From Octopus sinensis (Eukaryota), in NCBI RefSeq assembly GCF_006345805.1, contig NC_043000.1:110422001-110486000 (forward strand): 64,000 nt of DNA, in the 5' to 3' direction. Position numbers and translations under genes: made by a program. The notes below the pieces were generated by a model, which saw nothing but the letters and a program-made list of their open reading frames with translations, was not told the origin of the DNA and ran no database searches. This document shows positions 54,449-64,000 of the stretch, piece by piece. Within the stretch, counting starts at the first letter, position 1. Each line of letters begins with the position of its first letter.

Positions 54449-54720
54449 TAGCCTTTAGATTTTAAATATACACACAATGAGATCAGAATATAAACTCGCT
54501 ATCTGTATATTTTAACTTTCCAAATCCACTGCGCAGATGCTGTTTATTTCCGGCGACAGAGAGGATGCCGGTAAAACTTCGAACAAATTTATCAAAAAAT
54601 ATTTAAACATAATAAATAATATTAGGGTAATAAGAATTATAGAAATTATTATTAACAGTCGCCTAGCACAAAAAAATTAGTCAATAGACTATATATTATT
54701 CACATAAAAATATCGTTTAC

Positions 54721-54776
<56 letters not shown>

Positions 54777-54779
54777 TCT

Positions 54780-54984
54780 TTTATTCTTTTACTTGTTTCT
54801 GTCAGTTGACTGCGGCTATGCTGGGGCACCGCCTTTAGTTGAACAAATCGACCCTAGAACTTATTCTTTATAAGCCTTGTACTTACTCTATCGGTGTCAT
54901 TTTCTGAACCGTTAAGTAAAGGGGGCGTAAACACATCAACATCCGTCGTCAAGTGATGGTGGGAGGACAAACACAGACACACAA

Positions 54985-55050
<66 letters not shown>

Positions 55051-55100
55051 GACGAGTTTCTTTCAGTTTCCGTCTACCAAATCCACTCACAAGGCTTTGT
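54780..55100 (-). mobile_element. SINE-B 3' part
   Basis: Tail and partial body as at 40626. Confidence 0.8.
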
Positions 55101-55425
55101 ATATGTGTGTGTGTGTACGTGTGTGTTTGTGTGTGTGTGTCTGTGTGTCTGTGTCTCTGTGTCTGTGTGTGCATGTATGTGCTTGTGCATGTGCGTGCGT
55201 GTGTGCGAGTTCATTTATGCTTCACGTAAATTTTGCACTTAGGACACCGATATCCGGCATTACCGAACACATTTCATGGCGTGTCCCGCATTGACTCACA
55301 CATTGACATGGGTAGAGAAATACACCCACGATCCCATGAGAGAAGTTTGGGAAACCGAGCAAATAAGATCGAGGTTAAAATTAATATTCACATCTCTATA
55401 TATTATATATATATATATATATATA

Positions 55426-55844
55426 ACTATAATATAAATTTGACATGGGCGAGCGTTGTATTCTTTCTTGTCTTGCGGTTCACAATCAAACGGCTGGGTG
55501 GATTCGCATGATAAATGGCACACATGTGGTGACGGGTGCATATATTGGAATGCAGTTTGTATTTTTTTTCCTAGCCCCCATAGTTACCGAGAAAATCAAT
55601 TAAAACTTTCTAATGGAATTCCCCCAGACTACGTACAAATTCGTTCTTCACAACTCCTGAAGCTGTTTTCTGACAGGGGTGGGGTGGGGTGGGGCAGGAA
55701 ATTTTCATACTGCTGGAGGTTCCAATCGAAACAGGGGATCCGAAATGATAGGGATGAGAAACGCTGTTATAGATTATGCCTAACCGAAAACGATCACAGC
55801 CACATCATCCAAACAGACCGGGTGAAACCGCGATTAACTGCTAG
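55426..55844 (+). mobile_element. Non-autonomous Helitron, third family
   Basis: The 5' end is ctataatataaa and the internal aaacggctgggtggattcgcatgataaatggcacac motif is present. The 3' end is a GC-rich ccgggtgaaaccgcg followed by CTAG|T at 55841-55845. Confidence 0.6.
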
Positions 55845-56316
55845 TATATATATAAAATAAAGATATCCCTTACAAGCTTATAAAATGCATTGTATTGCTT
55901 ACAGGATAACTGATACTGGTGTTGGTAGGAAAATAATTAGATTAGGTCGATGAGTAACTGGAAAAATACGGAGAAACGGTGAAGAGATATTCACTTGAAC
56001 ACTGAAAATAATTGGTGACGCGGTCTCTTGCTAATCATTTTGATGGCTTTAATAGTGTAAAATAGCTTTTGGAGATTAAATGTAGAGATATCCGTCAGAC
56101 TATTTATGGCTGTATTAATTAGAGAAGCTATCTTCACTCCTTTTATGGACTGAGATATATGATATATATATATTTTTACACAATGATACATAGATACACA
56201 CACAAAGACACACATATATATGGACTGACGTTAGTGCGTACGAGTGTATTCAAAGGGAGAGTGAGAGATACATTGAGAGAGAGGGGGAAGGATAAATGAA
56301 GAGCAGAGGAGAAGGA

Positions 56317-56747
<431 letters not shown>

Positions 56748-56971
56748 TTCTCTCAATCTCTCTATCTGTCTGTTTGTCAGTCTGTCTGTCTTTCTAAATC
56801 TTTTATTCTACCTGTTTCCCTCTCTTTATGTCTCCCGTCTCTATATATATGTGCACACACACACACACGCACACACACACACATGCACACACACACACAC
56901 ACATATATATATATACAGATTAAAATCATACATACCTTCTGTATACATACACGCAACACGCAAAATACGCA

Positions 56972-57017
<46 letters not shown>

Positions 57018-57449
57018 TAATCATATATATATATATATATACATATATACATATGCCTATATATAGATGTATATGTATGTACATGTATATATATGAATAT
57101 ATGTGTGTGCGTGTGTATGTGTGTATGTGTGTGTGCGTGTATGTGTGTACGTGTGTGTGTGTGTATTATGATATAATGTCTCCCAGATGAAAGCCAACAG
57201 ATTACATCTCCGTGGTCTTTCTCCGTTCCTGATATTCCTAATGACTATATCCCTCCCCAACACCTTACCCCCGTCTCCTTTAATTGTTAGTCGAATATGG
57301 CAGATCTAAAAATACGATAAAAATCAAAAAGGAACCCTTTGTAATGCAGAGACACTTCTCCTCGGGAACCCTTTGTATAATTACTGCATTGAAAACATCG
57401 TCAGGGAGCGTTTTGCAGACTAAATGCTATGAAAGTTGAGTGTCATATA

Positions 57450-57682
57450 TATTTCTTTACTACCCACAAGGGGCTAAACACAGAGGGGACAAACAAGGAC
57501 AGACAAACGGATTAAGTCGATTACATCGACCCCAGTGCGTAACTGGTACTTAATTTATCGACCCCGTAAGGATGAAAGGCAAAGTCGACCTCGGCGGAAT
57601 TTGAACTCAGAACGTAACGGCAGACGAAATACGGCTTCGCATTTCGCCCGTCGTGCTAACGTCTCTGCCAGCTCGCCGCCTT
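57450..57682 (-). mobile_element. Full-length SINE-A
   Basis: Complete from head to the gtagtaaagaaata tail. Confidence 0.9.
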
Positions 57683-58664
57683 GTTGTTGTTGTTTAGGCC
57701 CACCAAATCGATTAGATGTGGAGTCATCCCCCCCACCAGCCGTAACCATCTCGTCGCTCATTTATTAGGTGTGTGTAGAGCTAGTGAAAGCGCGTTGTTT
57801 AGTTAGAAAGTTCGGCTTACGGTCGTAAGACCATGAGTTCGATTCCCTGTTCTGTTTTGTGTTCTTGGGTAAGAAACTTTATTTTACGTTGCTCCAATCC
57901 TCCCTGCTGTCAAAAATGAGTTGTACCCGTTATTTAAAGGGCCAGCCTTGTTACATTCTGTGACACGCAGAACTATGTTTAGGGTACGTGTGACTGAGGA
58001 GTACTCAGCCACTTGCGTGTTAATTTCCTGAGCAGGCAGTTCCGTCGACCAGACCAACTGGAACCCTCGTCGTTGTAACCAACGGACTGCCAGTAAGACT
58101 ACTTTATCTAACGTATCTTTTAATTAAGACGATCTGATCACGCTAAGGCACGTGGCTTGATGGTTAGTGTATCGCTCGCAAGATTGCGGTTTCGATTCCC
58201 GGCCTGGCTGATGCGTTATGTTCTTGAGCAAAATCATTTGTTCCGGTACACTCAGCCGTAGATGAGTAAGTCTGCCACAGACAGGCAGGAATGTTATGAC
58301 TTTGGTCACTTATATGCCACAGAAACCAGATAATCATCCTTTTGAGTCACAAGAATAGAATCAGTGAAGTCCATGGAGAATTTTCTTTCTTTTTCCCTTT
58401 CCATATATTACGCAGGAAGTCGAAAGCCTTCGATTTACTGATTTATTTCAAAGAATTTGTAGTAGACAAAAAGTCAGCCAGGCGAGTTGGATTGTTTAAA
58501 ACCTATCAAGGATAGAAAAGGGTCTGTTGATCAAAATTGTTGAAAAATAGAGACAAGGTAGGTTGGTGTGGATTTGACCTTAAAAGCCAAGAGGTAAAAG
58601 TAATCGGCATTACTATGGGCTTTATTGAAAGTATTTTCTACTCAGCGAGATCAAGAGTGAACAC

Positions 58665-58709
<45 letters not shown>

Positions 58710-58710
58710 A

Positions 58711-58756
<46 letters not shown>

Positions 58757-59031
58757 ACTAGCTAAACATATGTATATGTGTGTGCTTGTGTAGGAGGCTT
58801 TACATTGCACCCCCAGTGTTTTATAAAGTTTTATGTATAAGGAATTATTAAACACTTATAGGAAGGCGAATCTGGATATCGTTAAATATATATATGACCA
58901 AACACATTATATATATATATACACACATATAAATATAGATATATAGTGAGAATTTACAAAAAAGCAAAAGCCGAAGACGGGTGTGTACAACAAACAGATG
59001 TATTAGTTTAACGTTCGGGAAATGAGAAAGT

Positions 59032-59067
59032 CTTTTACGTTTCGAGCCTACGCTCTTCGACAGAAAG
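59032..59067 (-). ncRNA. Minimal hammerhead motif with CUGUCGA core
   Basis: cttt CTGTCGA a gagc-gtag-gctc GAAAC GTA aaag. Confidence 0.6.
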
Positions 59068-60101
59068 GAACACAGAAATAAACAGAGAGAGAAAATAAAA
59101 AAAACAGGTTTAGTGGCTAGCGATCTATCATGGCGAATATATATATATAAAAAATGGAGGTGGAAATAGCACAGAAGTAAATCTAAGACATATCAATTTA
59201 GAAAGAATTTAATAAAATGATTTTAAAATTATGTAAATAAAATATAGAATATTATCGATTTCGACGATGAATATCATCTTATTTAAAATTAGTAACAATT
59301 TATAAAAATACGAAGTGAAAACAGTTTGTCTTCTGCCTGGGAGTCAAAAACATGTTTGGAGTATTTTTCCGTTGATGTCTTCTTTAAATATAGTTCAAGG
59401 TATTAGAGAGAAAGAGAGGGGGATATAATTAACGTCTGAGAATTTTGGTAATTTTAACCAATTGTAAGCCACAAACACATTCATACCTGTTTCCATAGTA
59501 ACGAGCGGAACATGGAAGTCTTTTGTCTGCGAGAAAGAAATACATTGAAACAACTTTTGTCTATCTGTTGACAACTGAGTAAGTGAATTTATGAACTGGT
59601 CAACAAAATATTTTTTTTTTAATATTTAATTTGTAAAGTGTTGTTCGTCGCATTTGCATTAAGTGCAAATGGAATGCTCAAAACTACTTGTTTATTCGTT
59701 TCTTTTTGTAATTGAGGTGGTTGTGAGGTGTGCTAAAAGTAACAGCTAAATAACGTCTTTTGGATAAATCTTTTAAGTTTGTGCTATCGCATTAAATGCA
59801 AATGAAATGCTTCAAACTTACAAAACATGTGTTGTTTACAAATATTGATAAAACATGCTATTTTTAGGATACTGACGACAAAATGTGCAGTCACGCACAA
59901 AATCAAATCCTGTTCCCTGTCTGGGTGGAAATGATCAAACTTTAAACCTGTATAACTTTTTAAAAACATTTTTCTGGAAAAAGTGAAATAACTCCAGCAA
60001 TTCAGCTTGGAGAAGTATGGTATTGTAGCAAATTTTAAAATTTTCGATAAACTTAAATTTTTGAAATGCTGGCAACCAAACCAACTAGATCCCTTTTTAA
60101 C

Positions 60102-60137
<36 letters not shown>

Positions 60138-60138
60138 A

Positions 60139-60210
<72 letters not shown>

Positions 60211-60231
60211 TAAATATATATTCATATATAC

Positions 60232-60996
60232 AGCCTCTAACAATATCAGAGACCTGGGTGTAATTGTTGATGACGATCTCAATTGGAGTGCACACATCAA
60301 CAAGAAGGTCGATATAGCTCGTAGGATGAGTTCCTGAATCTTAAGAACTTTCCGGTCCAGAGAACAAGGTGTCATCATACCACTTTTCTCCTCCTTTGTA
60401 CGGCCACATCTCGAATACTGCTACCCACTGTGGTCTCCCCATACAAGACAAAACATCTCGAGGATTGAATCACCCCAGAGGGCACTCACTAAACGAATTG
60501 AAGGCATGGCTGCTCTCGATTATTGGGATCGCCTTAAAGCCTTGAAACTCTACTCTCTCCAGCGTCGCCGTGAGCGGTACATCATTTGTACGATGTGGAG
60601 AATATACCGCCAACTTTGCCCAAACGACCTGAACATTAGCTTCAAGGTTCATCCAAGACTGGGACCACGGGCCATACGTCCCCTGTCCAATTCCAGATCA
60701 CAGCATACATGTACACTGCAACATAATTTCTTTTCCTCAACAGGCCCTGCCCTATTTAACATTGTCCCGAAGGGATCAAAGAGGAAAAGGATCCCATCAA
60801 CTTAAACGGAGTCTGGATAGATTCCTTCAAGGAATACCAGATAAGCCACCCATAATTGGATACAACTCACCCAACAAAAACTGACTACTTGAATGGACCA
60901 TAAACAAAACTTGACTTAAACAGGATTCAAATAATCCTATCAGGTGGTGCTATTAAGTTAGACATGGCCTGGACCAATCTTTGGTCGAAACATATC
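60232..60996 (+). mobile_element. CR1/L2-group LINE 3' end
   Basis: IRDLGVIVDDDLNWSAHI, VRPHLEYC and YWDRLKALKLYSLQRRRERY, with the terminal stem gacca-atctt-tggtc-gaaac. Confidence 0.9.
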
Positions 60997-61004
60997 TAAG
61001 CTTA

Positions 61005-61333
61005 TTAGCAGGGTGTACATTGGTGCGACTAAAAATAGTATAAAACAACAGCTAAACTATCATAGATATACTTTTAAAAATAAAAATAGGATGAACTCTA
61101 CGGGGTTAAGTACGTATATCTGGGAACTCAAGAGTAAAAACATAGATTTTAAATTAGATTGGGAAATACTAACATCTGCACCTGTATACAATAGTAGAAA
61201 TAAAAAATGCTCTTTATGTATCAATGAAATTTTCTTCATCATCAAAGCCGGCGAACCCATTATTAACAGCATTAATGAACGAAATTTTTTTTGCCTTCAC
61301 AAATTGGCATACACTTTCTCTAGATTTAAATAA
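61005..61333 (+). pseudogene. Penelope-like element GIY-YIG endonuclease C-terminal fragment
   Basis: YIGATKNSIKQQLNYHRYTF..NSTGLSTYIWELK..WEIL..CSLCINE..N..CLHK, the typical PLE endonuclease end. Confidence 0.85.
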
Positions 61334-61384
61334 CATCTAATTCTTCTACCAGTAATCTTTTAGCATTCCTCTATTAGGACTGTA

Positions 61385-61484
61385 NNNNNNNNNNNNNNNN
61401 NNNNNNNNNNNNNNNNNNNNNNNNNNNNNNNNNNNNNNNNNNNNNNNNNNNNNNNNNNNNNNNNNNNNNNNNNNNNNNNNNNNN
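61385..61484. other. Assembly gap (100 N)
   Basis: Run of exactly 100 n, a typical scaffolding placeholder. Confidence 0.98.
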
Positions 61485-61506
61485 TACGTACATATTTATA
61501 TATATA

Positions 61507-61899
61507 CTAGCAGTATCGCCCGGCGTTGCTCGGTTTGTTAGGGAAATGACTATATAAGCATTTTTAGAGACGTAAAGTATAATAGCCATCTCAATATGGC
61601 TAACCACAAGGGGGGTGGTTTACTGTAGCTTTATACGTTGAGATTTAATAATAAATTTTTAGAGAGTTACTTCCCTTATATATGCCAAAAATGCATTAAA
61701 AATGGGAAAAATTGATGGTAAATATTTTTTTAAATCGTAGACTCATCGTAGACGCGCGCTAATACACAGAAGGGCTCGATATGAATCACGACTATAAGAT
61801 ACCCGGTTTTGGTTAAACTGCACCGCAAAATGTGGGAGTAGTTAGGAATCTAAATCGTAGGAGACAGACAGCACACAACCTCACATTTATATATAAAGA
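61507..61899 (-). mobile_element. Non-autonomous Helitron family A
   Basis: Reverse complement of 38153-38549, with TC and CTAG termini. Confidence 0.85.
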
Positions 61900-61930
<31 letters not shown>

Positions 61931-61934
61931 GTAT

Positions 61935-62244
61935 ATCACCATGATCATTGTGACCGACCAGGCCATCAGATGTTGTTACACATCGCTGGTCACAATGCGC
62001 TTCGCATTGTTTTAGCCTTCAAATGACGCCACCCCGCTGGCTAAGCGAGCAGGCCAACAGAAGAAAGAGTGAGAGAAAGTTGTGGCGAAAGAGTACAGCA
62101 GCGATCGCCACCACCCCCTGCCGGAGCCTCGTTGAGCTATAGGTGTTTTCGCTCAATAAACACTCATAACGCCCGGTCTGGGAATCGAAACCGCGATCCT
62201 ACGACCGCGAGTCCGCTGCCCTAACCACTAGGCCATTGCGCCTC

Positions 62245-62245
<1 letters not shown>
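61935..62245 (-). mobile_element. tRNA-derived SINE family D
   Basis: Head ggaggcgcaatggcctagtggttagggcagcggactcgcggtcgtaggatcgcggtttcgattcccagacc has A- and B-box-like motifs. Confidence 0.75.
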
Positions 62246-62287
<42 letters not shown>

Positions 62288-62675
62288 GTATATATATATA
62301 TAATATATATGTATATATATTCTGTCTGTAAACTCCATCCTGTCAACACCTCAAATGTAACATTCTCCAACGTAAAATTCTCCCCTGAAGACGGAGGCGG
62401 TGCTATTCGATAATAGATCCAACTAACTATCATTATTCCGGACCACCAACTCCCCCAGAAACAGCCGTTGGACCCAGTTAACTCCTGATATCATTTATAT
62501 TCTGGAAGTCGGACTATTTTATATCCATACACTTGTACATTTTTTCTATTAAAGTATTTAATATTCTGTGGAAATCGATTTGCCGAACTTGTTTCTCATG
62601 CACTTACTCAAAGTCGACTCGTTTGAGCACTTCGAAATGTAACTTATATACATACAGATATATATATATAATATA

Positions 62676-62721
<46 letters not shown>

Positions 62722-62827
62722 TATATATGTATAAAATTAATTAAGGGTAGAAATCAATATTTATCAATTAAAACCAGTGGTCTAGCATATTAAAAAAAGA
62801 ATCCGAAGATTAAAATATTTATATATA

Positions 62828-63138
62828 CCAATTAAGGACTGAACACGAAAAGTGGACAGTCAACATGCTAGATATAGACGTCAAATAGTCATTCTCCACA
62901 AAAGATTATGCTCTCAAATCAAACTCATCACAAACCCAAGCAATAAACAAGTGAAAATATACGAAATAAAATACTTATCCATGTACTGATCAGTTTCGGC
63001 TATTATTATCCGCAAGGATACCTGTAGCCTTCATCAGCATGGCCCGATATAAATGCAAATTGCTGGACTAGACGCAAAAACGATTTGACGTCTATATCTA
63101 GCATGTTGACTGTCCACTTTTCGTGTTCAGTCCTAATT

Positions 63139-63140
<2 letters not shown>
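62828..63140. mobile_element. TA-embedded mini-element with ~58-bp terminal inverted repeats enclosing a hammerhead
   Basis: 62828-62886 is the reverse complement of 63083-63140 with one indel; (TA)n lies on both sides. Confidence 0.8.
62979..63042 (-). ncRNA. Intact minimal type I hammerhead ribozyme motif
   Basis: ccatg CTGATGA a ggcta-caggtatccttgcggataataa-tagcc GAAAC tgatca GTA catgg. Helices I and II are perfect and helix III is the palindrome ACTGATCAGT. Confidence 0.85.
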
Positions 63141-63185
<45 letters not shown>

Positions 63186-63358
63186 GAGAGAGAGAGAGAA
63201 CACTGTCTCTGACATATATATACACATACACATATATGATATTATATATATATTATATATATGTATATATGTATATGTATATAAACATATATATATATAT
63301 ATATATATATAATAATATATATATATATGAATAATATATATATATATATTATATATTA

Positions 63359-63595
63359 TCTTATTATAAAAGGCAGATTTTATCTGCCTCCCTTTGGGAG
63401 TGTATATACAAATCTACAATATAGGATTTCTTCAATTACAATTTACCTACCATTTTTAAGAGTACAATGCATCGCGTCATGCCAGGTCCAGTTTTTAAAA
63501 TTTAAACTCCAATTATGCAAAAATTTACAGAAAACTCACATTCTGGTGTGTGTCAAATGCTTTTCTTAGTCTGGTTTACACCACACGCAAACGCA
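63359..63595 (+). mobile_element. Helitron-like family B 5' segment
   Basis: Near-identical to 36499-36730; starts A|TC. Confidence 0.7.
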
Positions 63596-64000
63596 CAACA
63601 CAGTGGGCAACGAATAAAGTGAAACTAGATGTAAGTTTGTTTCTCTCTATCACGCTGATAGATACATGAGTAAAATGTATGGGAAGCTAACACATAAGTG
63701 TGAGTGAAAATGTTCTTGGAAGAGAGTAAATAGCCAGAGATAGTGATTTGAGGAGGACTTTACATTAAATAACCGTAGTGGTTGTGTTAGTAATAAAGTA
63801 AACATACACTCATACATACATACATACATACATACATACATACATACATACAACATACAACACACACATACATACACACACACATACATACACACCACAC
63901 ATACATACACACACAACATACATACACATACATACATACATACATATACATACATAATACATACACACACACAACATACACACACAAACAGTATTGAAGC

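Noticed and set aside
55677-55695. G-quadruplex-type run ggggtggggtggggtgggg (others near 20800 and 48417)
   Set aside because: Simple-repeat context with no functional evidence.
62170-62245. SINE heads as genuine tRNA genes
   Set aside because: They have A/B boxes but no complete cloverleaf or acceptor stem, and they continue into SINE bodies.

Overview
AT-rich, microsatellite-saturated animal DNA. The SINE, LINE and Helitron families match those I recognise from octopus genomes (recognition, not a database result). I found no host protein-coding exon, rRNA or intact tRNA, and almost all listed ORFs are microsatellite translations. The window is a transposon mosaic: several tRNA-derived SINE families; CR1/L2-group, Tx1, RTE and R4/Dong-like LINE remnants; a Penelope-like GIY-YIG remnant; a decayed Tc1 transposase; six non-autonomous Helitron pieces; a ~1.35-kb-arm inverted duplication; and a 100-N gap. 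The most interesting layer, invisible in the ORF track, is at least 14 minimal type I hammerhead ribozyme motifs, some intact and some degenerate. They include family-level core variants and compensatory changes and sit in short (TA)n-embedded elements that often form inverted pairs. Coordinates were counted by hand; diffuse repeat boundaries may be off by several bases.
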